A stretch of DNA of 64,000 nt from NCBI GenBank assembly GCA_027335345.1, contig DAHWOF010000204.1:17245-81244 (forward strand). The letters run 5' to 3'. Position numbers and translations under genes: made by a program. The notes under the pieces are model-generated. The model had not been told where the DNA came from, ran no database searches, and saw only the letters and a list, made by a program, of their open reading frames with translations. Source of the stretch: Granulicella sp. GTDB taxonomy: Bacteria > Acidobacteriota > Terriglobia > Terriglobales > Acidobacteriaceae. Below are positions 40,501 to 51,485 of this stretch, piece after piece; position 1 is the first letter of the stretch, and every line of letters begins with the position of its first letter.

Positions 40501-41268
40501 ACCTGGTCCAAGGCGCTGGGCGTGTGGGGCGCCGACGGCAACGGAACGCCGGTGACTCCGTTCAACTATCGCGATGATTATGGTCCAGAAGCGTTTGACC
40601 GGAGGAATATCTTCAACGCCTCTTACTCCTACACGCTGGGCAATATCGTCCACCGGCGCTTCCTCGGCGGCCTGGTGAATCAATGGATGATCTCCGGCAT
40701 TACGACCATTCAAAGCGGTCCTGATCTGCTGGCGACGAATAATCCAGACTTTTCACTGCAAGGCGAACTTGATGTTGTGGACAACGGAGTTCAAGGAGAG
40801 ATCCCTGTTGAGGCGCAGGATCTGCTGGGCACCCCGGACGTCTACCTGATGCCGGCGGTGAGCTGCGACCCGTACTCTCGCCACGGTGCGGAGTACATCA
40901 ACGGAAGCTGCTACTCTCTGGTGCCGCAACTCGGTGTGAACGGGCCGTACCATGAGCCCGATCTGTATGGTCCGGCCTATACCGACAGCGACCTGGCTCT
41001 GCAGAAACAGTTTGGCCTGGGAGGGAGCCGGAGCCTCCAGGTACGTTACTCCGCTTTCAACTTCCTCAATCATCCCAATCGAACCTACAGCAGCGCGGTG
41101 GACCCGAACGCCATTACGCTGTACGAGACAAACCTGAATCAGAACTCTTATCAGCCCATTAGCACCGCTCTGTCCGATGCTACGAACTCCAACGCCAGTG
41201 TCTTCGGATTGGTTCCGCTTCGTACGGGCCGTCGCGTATCGGAGATTCAAATCACCATCAACTTCTAA
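37519..41268 (+). CDS. TonB-dependent receptor (Oar-like, carboxypeptidase-regulatory N-domain)
   Basis: Signal peptide; LSGTVVDPTHAVIPGAQV, GRDVTELLKILPG, KSGSNQFHG, EPRVGFAWD, FNFLNHPN; C-terminal Phe. Confidence 0.92.
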   Translation: MQIWSSSRRKAELRAGQGGRGGFLSCLALVLGFVLAACPFAQAQIAALANLSGTVVDPTHAVIPGAQVSLINQASGATRVIKSNNVGEFVFDDVSPGDYRLSVTSSGFKALSESGIHLDPGDSRSLREIVLQPGSASEVVSVSATTEGITLDSGTASTMISSEQIKHLSVEGRDVTELLKILPGFAISGGNNNVNNTAYDPSQVSVAGAYGSYSGQGTITNGVEVLYDGVDLTDPGAYAGTLQNINYDQVAEVKVQTSAITADQAYGPIVIDAAGKSGSNQFHGEVYTYGRTYQLDSTDWLANYDHQGKPPDYEIYPGLAIGGPILIPHVNFNHNRHLNFFIGAEDYVQRDVYAYGNATSAILTALVPTAGMRTGDFSQSQINQYLGPLVNSSTYSNISSVPARGMDGSALTNGQLGTNLNPTMEALLNTLPLPNLQTTNSEGYNWATTNLVDNDDWQGQGRVDDAINDRNHIFAVYSTERGKEGVPQIEYYSPRGNMGGTNTPGGGMLADLNSEMGTLNWTWIISSTLTNNVSVSGAYFDQDFVDKDFSALTLNGNWNFPGIFHNGSKTIPEFQDYGYDGLPVNLYPDTTFSGIYAKKWIRTGEDDATKVIGRHTLRTGVYIQLDNNHQVSPFVDSNGGIEMYYIGPTYNDTPSGTTVYSTGSATCGCGGNYLADFLEGGVFAYTQANTVPAPDVYDWTIDGYVQDHYRATNYLSLDYGIRLNHLTPWTAANFAGIPVWEPATYATGQNPSAPGFLWHSLDSSIPKSGLLARWAFVEPRVGFAWDMAHNGRSVLRGGAGIYTAHDSTNDIASPASAAMNQRTVTMDGPFLLADVPANAPPVSSVSTFTPTQDGYGFFPNDDHQPQVYTYNLMLDEEVPFHSMLQISYVGNVSRHLLNDGSTQPVTLDNINAIPIGGLFKPDPVTGEVYPEVCPTGSTTCTDISGLTQQEVDDYRPYTEYDELEVASHNVNANYNALQIVWNKTSKSLNYGINYTWSKALGVWGADGNGTPVTPFNYRDDYGPEAFDRRNIFNASYSYTLGNIVHRRFLGGLVNQWMISGITTIQSGPDLLATNNPDFSLQGELDVVDNGVQGEIPVEAQDLLGTPDVYLMPAVSCDPYSRHGAEYINGSCYSLVPQLGVNGPYHEPDLYGPAYTDSDLALQKQFGLGGSRSLQVRYSAFNFLNHPNRTYSSAVDPNAITLYETNLNQNSYQPISTALSDATNSNASVFGLVPLRTGRRVSEIQITINF

Positions 41269-41287
41269 TCCTCAGATGCTGTTGGTT

Positions 41288-41325
41288 TGTGGGGATGGTT
41301 TGCGGCCACTGCGAACCTCCCCACA
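41288..41325 (+). terminator. Stem-loop downstream of the TBDR gene
   Basis: tgtggggatggtttgcgg-cca-ctgcgaacctccccaca; weak U-tract. Confidence 0.5.
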
Positions 41326-41478
41326 TATTGGAAGCAAGGACAGAACTGTGGCGCAACGTGGTGTCCCGACGCTTTCGAGTCGGGTTTAACAGCGCGGTGC
41401 AAGTACGGGTCCTTAACCGTAGGTGTGCTTTTCTGTCAGCAGGACAACGACGCCAAGGGAGAAGTTTCTGGTGATTGC

Positions 41479-43062
41479 ATGAGGAGACATGCTCTTTTGG
41501 GGATGCTGTGTTTTTTGCTGGGAGCCTCAGCCGAGGGGCAGAGTGCAACCACTCAATCAGCCGTGACACTGAATGTGAATGTGCGAGTCGTGCTGATCGA
41601 TGTAACTGTGACCGACAGTCACGGGAATCCAGTCCAAGGATTGAAGGAAGGAGACTTTCAGGTATTCGATGATGGGCGCCCGGAAAAACTGAATGCGTTC
41701 AAGGAGCACACGAGCCATTCCGGCACCCTGTTCGAATCCGCTGTCGGGCCTGCGGGAGTATTCACAAATGGGGGAATGCTGCATCCGCCGCCGGTCGCGA
41801 ACGTGATCCTGATCGACACAACGACCATTGATTTGACAGACCAGATGTATCTGTACCAGCAACTCATGCAGTTTGTGCGGAAGCTGCGGGCGGGAACGCC
41901 TGTAGCCATCTACAGCAGGGCGGGGCAGATGACTCTGTTGCTGCAAGGATTCACCTCTGACCATGCTTTGCTGAGGAAGGCGATCCAAAGGGCGATTCCT
42001 CATGTTCAGCAGCCGGAGGCGCAGTTCGCCACCGACGCCGAGACGTTGGAACAGATTGCTGACACTCTGATCCAGGTTCCGGGGAGAAAGAACATCCTAT
42101 GGTTCACCGGGGGCTCGAAGTTGTTTCTGCAGGCGGACCCGAACGCCTCGGCATCGGTCGTATCGGCGAGTCCGCTGGCGGCAGCAGCCACCGAGGGCGC
42201 AATGGCCGGCGCTGTGGGGCAGCCAGACTTGCATTATCTCTACGACTTGCTGGAGAAGGAACGGATCGCGCTGTACCCAATTGATGCGCGGGGTCAGGTT
42301 TCCAATCCTAGCCAGGGATACGCGGCGCAACAGGAGCAGATGGATCAGGACGCGGAAGCGACGGGCGGACAAGCCAGGTATGGCACCAATGAGCTGGCGC
42401 AGGCGGCCGCGCAGATTGTCTCGACAGATGGCGATTACTATACGCTAGCGTATTCGCCCGATGATCTGCATGACAGCGGCAAGTGGCGCCACATCCAGGT
42501 GAAGCTGCGTGAGTCCGGCTACCGGCTGAGTTACCGGAGAGGATACTTCGACGAACAATGGAACCACCAACCTCCGGGAGCGGCTACCAGGAGCCTGGTG
42601 GCGGAGAATGAGGCGGCGCCGGATACCAGCAGCGAGCCGATACCCCTGCTGGCAAAGATCATGGAGATCTCTCCGGTGGCGGAGGCCGCAGCCGCGCATG
42701 CCGGGCAGATTCATGCGCCAAAGCGGTGGGAGCTGTCCTACGTGATCGATTACCAGGTGCCGGCTTCAGCGTTGACGCCGCAGAGCGTGAGCCGGAACGA
42801 TGTCGGGACGTTCATCGTCGGAGCGGGAGCGTTCGCCTTTGACCGGAACGGAGATCTGATCAAGCGGGAGGCGCAAGAGGTCACGCTGACGGCCGAGGAG
42901 AGCGAGATTCGCTCCAAGCCGAACGGCAAGCTGAGCTTCGCTGAACCGATCAGCCTGCCGAAGGGGCAGGACTACCTGTATGTGGTGGTATGGGATGCGA
43001 CCTCGGGCCGAATGGGCACGATGAATCTTTCGCTGGATGCGAAGAGATCCGCAAGGGAGTAG
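41479..43062 (+). CDS. Acidobacterial VWFA-related domain protein
   Basis: Signal peptide; VVLIDVTVTDSHGNPVQGL...DF, PGRKNILWFT, LYPIDARG, AEATGG, YYTLAYSP, YRRGYF. Confidence 0.88.
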   Translation: MRRHALLGMLCFLLGASAEGQSATTQSAVTLNVNVRVVLIDVTVTDSHGNPVQGLKEGDFQVFDDGRPEKLNAFKEHTSHSGTLFESAVGPAGVFTNGGMLHPPPVANVILIDTTTIDLTDQMYLYQQLMQFVRKLRAGTPVAIYSRAGQMTLLLQGFTSDHALLRKAIQRAIPHVQQPEAQFATDAETLEQIADTLIQVPGRKNILWFTGGSKLFLQADPNASASVVSASPLAAAATEGAMAGAVGQPDLHYLYDLLEKERIALYPIDARGQVSNPSQGYAAQQEQMDQDAEATGGQARYGTNELAQAAAQIVSTDGDYYTLAYSPDDLHDSGKWRHIQVKLRESGYRLSYRRGYFDEQWNHQPPGAATRSLVAENEAAPDTSSEPIPLLAKIMEISPVAEAAAAHAGQIHAPKRWELSYVIDYQVPASALTPQSVSRNDVGTFIVGAGAFAFDRNGDLIKREAQEVTLTAEESEIRSKPNGKLSFAEPISLPKGQDYLYVVVWDATSGRMGTMNLSLDAKRSARE

Positions 43063-43069
43063 AGACAGC

Positions 43070-44200
43070 ATGATGATTCCACACCTTCGATATCTAACGA
43101 CCGTTGTCTTTGGCGCTATGGCAGTCCTGCTCCTGGGGGCCAAGACGCCGACTCTCAAAGAGGTTCTGGGCCGTGACCCCTACATCGGCGTTGCGATCAA
43201 CGCCGCGCAGATTACAGGAAGCGATGCGCGCGGGGATGCCATCATCGAGACCCAGTTTGACTCGATCTCCCCGGAAAACGCTCTCAAATGGGAGAGCATT
43301 CATCCCCGGCCCGGGGTGTATACCTTTCCGCTCTCCGACAAGTACGTGAACTTCGGCGAGAAGCACCATATGTACATCGTCGGCCACACGCTTCTATGGT
43401 ACCAACAGACTCCTGCGTGGGTGTTCCACGATCGCCACGGGAATCTGGTGGATCGAGGCACACTGCTGCGGCGCATGCGAGACCATATTCAGACTGTTGT
43501 GGGGCGCTACAAGGGAAGAGTTCAGAGCTGGGATGTTGTGAACGAGGCGCTGAATGAAGATGGAAGCCTTCGCCAAACGCTGTGGTGCAAGATCATTGGC
43601 GAAGACTATATTGCCAAAGCCTTCGAATTTGCGCACCAGGCAGACCCCAAGGCGATCTTGACGTATAACGACTACGATCTCGAGAACCCAAGGAAGCGTG
43701 CCGGAGCTCTGGCGCTGATCAAAGAGCTCATGCAGGAGGGTGTTCCCATTATGGCGGTTGGAATGCAGGGACACGTTTCGCTCACCGAGCCGTCGCTCGC
43801 AGAGGAGGAGGATACGATCCTCGCCTTTGGCAGACTGGGCGTAAAGGTAGCGATCTCGGAGCTTGACGTCGACGTACTTCCCCGCGCGACCAAGGGATTG
43901 ACTGCCGATACAAGCCTCAGCGTGCGCCCGAGCGGGGCGCTGAACCCTTACTCGGATGGGTTGCCGGACAAGATACAAAAGCGATTGGCAAAACGGTATC
44001 AGGATTTGTTCAGAATCTATCTTGAGCATCGCGACATCGTCTCGCGCGTCACCTTCTGGGGTGTTACAGACGCAAGTTCATGGCTGAATAACTGGCCCGT
44101 CAAGGGGAGAACCAATTATCCCCTGCTGTTTGACCGCAACGGTCAGCCAGTGCCGGCGTTTTTTGCCGTGCTCAAGGTGGCATCGGAGAAGGCCAAATGA
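43070..44200 (+). CDS. GH10 endo-1,4-beta-xylanase
   Basis: ENALKW, GHTLLW, WDVVNEA (acid/base), YNDY, GMQGH, ISELD (nucleophile), TFWG. Confidence 0.95.
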   Translation: MMIPHLRYLTTVVFGAMAVLLLGAKTPTLKEVLGRDPYIGVAINAAQITGSDARGDAIIETQFDSISPENALKWESIHPRPGVYTFPLSDKYVNFGEKHHMYIVGHTLLWYQQTPAWVFHDRHGNLVDRGTLLRRMRDHIQTVVGRYKGRVQSWDVVNEALNEDGSLRQTLWCKIIGEDYIAKAFEFAHQADPKAILTYNDYDLENPRKRAGALALIKELMQEGVPIMAVGMQGHVSLTEPSLAEEEDTILAFGRLGVKVAISELDVDVLPRATKGLTADTSLSVRPSGALNPYSDGLPDKIQKRLAKRYQDLFRIYLEHRDIVSRVTFWGVTDASSWLNNWPVKGRTNYPLLFDRNGQPVPAFFAVLKVASEKAK

Positions 44201-44404
44201 GTGCCTTGCCAACGCGCCTTCGGCTGGAGAACTCTTACCAGGCGGAAAAAGCGGAAGTGACTCCCGGCGAGAAAGGGCCTCTGGTGGCGCTTGGTGGCGG
44301 AGAGCAAAGTGCAGATGCAGGTTTTTGGGCTGCTGACTTCGCGAAGGTGGATCGGCGCCCCAACTCCACAAACACCTTGCAGACGAACCCCCGTGAGACT
44401 CCCG

Positions 44405-45787
44405 ATGTCTGCTGAGCAGAGCCTGTCTCTATCTCAAACGCCGGGAGTGAGCCACCGGGGTCTTCGGCCTGCGCTTTTTGCCGGCTGGGGTGGGCGCATC
44501 CGAGAGGGCCAGCCTGCACGCAATTGCAAGTGGCTACGCCGGCGCGAGTATGCCTCCAACCTGAGGATCGCCGCCCTTATCGCCTTGCTCTCGTGCCTGT
44601 CCGCGGCGCCCGCTCAGCCTGCGCTGCGGACGCAGCCATGGACGGCATCCTGGGCCTCAGCGCAGCAACGGGTCTGTGGGCAAGATGGCTTACCCGCGCA
44701 CGGGTTCGATGGAGCGACGTTGCGTCAGACCGTCCATCTTTCCCTTGGAGGAGAGCAGATCCGTCTGCAACTGTCGAATCTCTTCGGTGGGCAGCCGCTG
44801 GTGATCGCAGCGGTGAAGGTTGCGCATGCGCAACCCGGCAATCCAGGCGGGATCGAACCTGGCAGCAGCCTGGATGCTCTTTTCAGCGGCCGGCGCGAAG
44901 TGACGGTTCCCTCCGGATCTCAGGTGCTGAGCGACGCGATTCCACTCTCTGTCAATCCGCTCTCCAGCCTTGTGGTCTCGCTTTGGATCAAAAAGGCTCC
45001 GCAGTGCGTGACCTCCCATCCGGGCGCACGCGCCACGTCGTTTCTTCTTGTTGGCGATCACGCCTCGGATACGGTTTTGGCCGGTTCGGAGAGCATGCCA
45101 CACTGGTATTTTCTCTCTGCGGTGGAGGTGGAGGGAAGGTCGAATGGAGCCGTGGTTGCCTTCGGCGACTCGATCACCGACGGGCGCGGATCAACGACCG
45201 ACGGCAACAATCGCTGGACAGACGCGCTTGCGGCACGGCTGGCCCCGCTGCATATCGCAGTGCTCAACCTGGGCATCGGCGGAAACCGGCTGTTAGCCGA
45301 CGGTCTTGGGCCCAGCGGAGTCTCGCGGTTTGAGCGCGACGCGCTGAGCCAGGCGGGAGTGCGCACCGTGATCCTGCTGGAGGGGGTGAACGATCTTGGC
45401 GGCCTGGATCGCCTGAGCGTTCATTCGCCAAAAGATCACAGGGAGCTGGTGCGCCGCCTGGAAGCGGCCATGACCCAGATGGTCAAAGAGGCGCACCGGA
45501 AGCGAGTTTGTGTTCTTGGCGGCACAATTATGCCTTATACAGGCTCTGCATACTATCATCCGGGGCCGGCGAACGAAGCAGACCGAAAAGAGCTGAATCA
45601 ATGGATTCGCTCCAGTGGCGTCTTCGACGGCGTGATTGACTTCGACAGGATGCTGCGGGAACCGGCTCGACCGGATCATCTGGCTCCGGCTATGGACTCC
45701 GGCGACCATCTCCATCCCGGGCCGTATGGTTACCAGGTGATGGGGGAGGGTGTGCCGCTGGGTCTGCTTGGCTGTGTTCGGCCCTGA
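44405..45787 (+). CDS. SGNH/GDSL hydrolase (putative acetylesterase)
   Basis: FGDSITDG, GIGGN, EGVND, GDHLHP blocks; start unclear, signal peptide-like segment begins near 44561. Confidence 0.85.
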   Translation: MSAEQSLSLSQTPGVSHRGLRPALFAGWGGRIREGQPARNCKWLRRREYASNLRIAALIALLSCLSAAPAQPALRTQPWTASWASAQQRVCGQDGLPAHGFDGATLRQTVHLSLGGEQIRLQLSNLFGGQPLVIAAVKVAHAQPGNPGGIEPGSSLDALFSGRREVTVPSGSQVLSDAIPLSVNPLSSLVVSLWIKKAPQCVTSHPGARATSFLLVGDHASDTVLAGSESMPHWYFLSAVEVEGRSNGAVVAFGDSITDGRGSTTDGNNRWTDALAARLAPLHIAVLNLGIGGNRLLADGLGPSGVSRFERDALSQAGVRTVILLEGVNDLGGLDRLSVHSPKDHRELVRRLEAAMTQMVKEAHRKRVCVLGGTIMPYTGSAYYHPGPANEADRKELNQWIRSSGVFDGVIDFDRMLREPARPDHLAPAMDSGDHLHPGPYGYQVMGEGVPLGLLGCVRP

Positions 45788-45998
45788 AGCGCCTGTCCAC
45801 GTACTCCCAGTTTCCATGGCGAAACCCTGCCTTCCGGCATCCCGGGTAGCGAGTCTGGCTGGATGCGGAGGGCGGATTGCTCAATGCGGCCCTGATATTT
45901 GGTGGGTTGGAGCAGCGATCCATCTGTCCACAGCGCTTCAACTTCAGTCGGAGAAGTTTCCATGGAAATCAAGCGTGCCAAGTTTGAAGAGAGGAAAA

Positions 45999-46075
45999 TG
46001 GTCGGGACGACTAGATTCGAACTAGCGACCTCACCCACCCCAAGGGTGCGCTCTACCAGGCTGAGCCACGTCCCG
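45999..46075 (-). tRNA. tRNA-Pro (anticodon GGG)
   Basis: CGGGACGTGGCTCAGCCTGGTAGAGCGCACCCTTGGGGTGGGTGAGGTCGCTAGTTCGAATCTAGTCGTCCCGACCA; 77-nt cloverleaf with encoded CCA. Confidence 0.97.
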
Positions 46076-46230
46076 ACTTGTTGCATTGGCCGCTCGCACA
46101 AGGAAGCAGGAGCCGCCGGGGTATCTTCAGTTTACACCACTCCCATCGTGAGACTGGCGGTCGTCCGCTCTTCGTCCGGAGCTTTTCCTCCGGACTGTTT
46201 TCTTGCCGCGAAGCGGCCGAGGCGGCTGCT

Positions 46231-48892
<2,662 letters not shown>

Positions 48893-48972
48893 CCGTCTTT
48901 TATTCAACGCCGGGAGCGGAATGGATTAAGCTGAACGCGGACGCGGGCGTTTCGACGCGAACGGGAGAGTGT

Positions 48973-49752
48973 GTGAGTCAGGTAGTCTTCGTCCTGGAAG
49001 ATGAGGCAGACATTAGGCGACTGGTGCAGTTCCAGTTGGAAGGAGCCGGGTACACCGTGAAGGCGTATCCGATGGTGGGAACCATGGTTCAGGACGCGGA
49101 ACGGCTGCGGCCTGCGTTGTTTCTGCTGGATATTATGGTGCCCGGCGGCGATGGACTGGACCTTTGTCGCAGGCTGCGGCAGAATCCTGCCCTAGCCAGC
49201 GTGCCGATCATCTTTTTGACCGCTCGTGCGGCGGAGAATGATCGTGTTCATGGGCTGGAGCTGGGCGCCGATGACTACATTACAAAGCCTTTTGCGATGC
49301 GCGAGCTGCTGGCCCGGGTCAAGGCCGTGCTGCGGCGGTTTGAACGGCCGGTGGAGACCGCCGGTGCGCCGCCGGTGCTGACCATTGATACGCTTGAAAT
49401 CGATGGCAACTCGATGCAGTTGCGGGTGAATCAACAACTGGTGACGACGACGGCCACCGAGTTCCGGCTGCTGGATTACCTGGCGCGTCATCCCGGCAGG
49501 GTCTTCAGCCGCGATCATCTGCTGGATGCGGTGTGGGGCGATGCGCGCTTTGTGACGCCGCGGAGCGTGGATGTCTACGTTCGCCGCATCCGGGAGAAGA
49601 TTGAGGTGGATCCGGAGATGCCCCGGTTCCTGAAGACCATGCGCGGGGCCGGTTACCGATTTGATCTTCCCCGGGTGAAAGAGACTCCTACCGGCCAGGT
49701 TGGTGGTGCGGCCGGTCCGGCGGTTTCTGCGAGAACCACGGCGACCGAGTAG
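48973..49752 (+). CDS. phoB: OmpR/PhoB-family response regulator
   Basis: VLEDE, LLDIMVP, GADDYITKPF, RSVDVYVRRIREKIE; context with phoR and phoU. Confidence 0.82.
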   Translation: MSQVVFVLEDEADIRRLVQFQLEGAGYTVKAYPMVGTMVQDAERLRPALFLLDIMVPGGDGLDLCRRLRQNPALASVPIIFLTARAAENDRVHGLELGADDYITKPFAMRELLARVKAVLRRFERPVETAGAPPVLTIDTLEIDGNSMQLRVNQQLVTTTATEFRLLDYLARHPGRVFSRDHLLDAVWGDARFVTPRSVDVYVRRIREKIEVDPEMPRFLKTMRGAGYRFDLPRVKETPTGQVGGAAGPAVSARTTATE

Positions 49753-49761
49753 GCTTCTACC

Positions 49762-51195
49762 ATGGGATCCTGGTTGCGAAAGAGCCTCTACTTTGCCCTG
49801 CTGTGGCGGATGCTGCTGGGTGTTTTGCTGGCCGTAGCCGCCACCATGCTGCTGCCGGCTCGGTGGATGGCTGTGTTTTCCGGGTTACTGATAGCGCTTT
49901 GGATGGCCGCATGGGCCAGGCGTCTGGTGACGCGGATTTTAGAGCAGATTGAGCCGGCAGCGGCCAGTGTGGCGGACCTGGAGAGGCGGTTGCCGGAGGC
50001 GCCCGTACGGCAGTTGGAGCCATTGATGCGCGCGCTGCTCAGCTCCCGGCGCCAGGTTGAGCAGCAGCTGGAGGCCAGCGCGGAGACGCGCAGGAAGCTG
50101 GAGGCGCTGCTGGACTCGATGCAGGACGCTGTCACAAGTGTGGACCGCACGGGTCGGATCGTTTGGTCCAATGTCTCCATGCAGCGGTTGGTGGCTCAGT
50201 TGTCAGGCAGCGTGCGCCCGGGCTATTCGCTGGTGCAGACCATCCGTTCGCCGCAGGTGCTGGAGTGCGTCAAGGAGGCGCTGGAGCACCGGACCTATGT
50301 AGAGGTTCGTCCAGCGCCGATGCCCATGGGAAGAACCTATGCCGTCAGCGCGTCACCCATGCCGGAGGGTGGGGCCGTGGTGGTGATGCAGGATATTACC
50401 CAGGTGGAGCAGGTGGAACGCACGCAGCGCGAGTTTGTCGCGAATGTGAGTCATGAACTGCGCACTCCCTTGACCTCAATCTCCGGTTACGTGGAGACGC
50501 TGCTGGAGGATGGGCGCGCCGCGCCGACCCTCACCCCACTGGTGCGAGAGTTTCTGGAGGCGATCTACAAGAGCGCCAGGAGGATGAGCCGGTTGACCGA
50601 CGATCTGCTGGCCATGGCGCGGGTGGACTCCGGTGAGCAGAAGGTGAGGCCGCAGCCGGTAGCTGTGTCTGCTGTGCTGCGAGAGGCGAAGAGTGCCGTG
50701 GCCGGGCTGACGCGGGAGAGGCATGGGGTGTTGGAGATCGCTGAGGTTCCGAATCTGACGGTGGTCGCCGACATGGACGCTGTTTTGCAGGTGTTCAGCA
50801 ATCTGATTGAAAATGCGTTCAACTACGGAGTCGGCCCTGGCGCGGCGCAGGCGGCCGATGTGGCCGGTCCGGATCCTTCCTGCGCCGAGCAGGCGCCGCA
50901 AGGAGCAAGAGTGGTGGTGAGCGCGCAGGCAGAGCCGGGCGCGCAAGAGGTACGCTTCTGCGTGCAGGACTTTGGCGCCGGCATTGCCTCGGAGCACCTG
51001 GATCGCCTGTTTGAGCGGTTTTACCGGGTGGATAAGACCCGCTCGCGGGAGTCTGGCGGCACGGGTCTGGGGCTGGCGATCGCCAAGCACCTGGTCGAGG
51101 CGCAGCGAGGAAGAATCTGGGTGGAGAGCGAGTTGGGGAGGGGAAGCCGCTTCTGCTTTACCTTGCCGTGCCCATCCCAGATGCCCACCGAATGA
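49762..51195 (+). CDS. phoR: PhoR-like sensor histidine kinase
   Basis: Two [46 protein letters not shown]. Confidence 0.85.
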   Translation: MGSWLRKSLYFALLWRMLLGVLLAVAATMLLPARWMAVFSGLLIALWMAAWARRLVTRILEQIEPAAASVADLERRLPEAPVRQLEPLMRALLSSRRQVEQQLEASAETRRKLEALLDSMQDAVTSVDRTGRIVWSNVSMQRLVAQLSGSVRPGYSLVQTIRSPQVLECVKEALEHRTYVEVRPAPMPMGRTYAVSASPMPEGGAVVVMQDITQVEQVERTQREFVANVSHELRTPLTSISGYVETLLEDGRAAPTLTPLVREFLEAIYKSARRMSRLTDDLLAMARVDSGEQKVRPQPVAVSAVLREAKSAVAGLTRERHGVLEIAEVPNLTVVADMDAVLQVFSNLIENAFNYGVGPGAAQAADVAGPDPSCAEQAPQGARVVVSAQAEPGAQEVRFCVQDFGAGIASEHLDRLFERFYRVDKTRSRESGGTGLGLAIAKHLVEAQRGRIWVESELGRGSRFCFTLPCPSQMPTE

Positions 51196-51341
51196 GCGGT
51201 CACCTCCCCGTGCCCGGATTGGCCGGCCCCGGCCACGGCCACAAATTGAGCTGAATCCATCCAGGGCCTCAGGCCGCTCTTGGCAGCGTCTGGCAGAGGG
51301 AAGGTTGCTGGAGAAGAGATCCCTGTGGAAGTCTCTGCGTT

Positions 51342-51392
51342 TTCTATGACGTTTCACGCTCTGTTCACAATCTGTTTCCAATTCATTCACAA
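51342..51392 (+). promoter_or_regulatory. PHO-box-like array of 11-bp direct repeats
   Basis: TTCAC at 51353, 51364 and 51386, with variants TTTCC at 51375 and TTCTA at 51342; exact 11-bp spacing. Confidence 0.75.
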
Positions 51393-51485
51393 AAAGTTGC
51401 GACGATCAAAGCTCGGACACAAGTGGCAAGACGCTTGAAGCAGGACTGCGGGTCCCCCTCCCGCCTTAGCCACGGCCCGAGAGGA

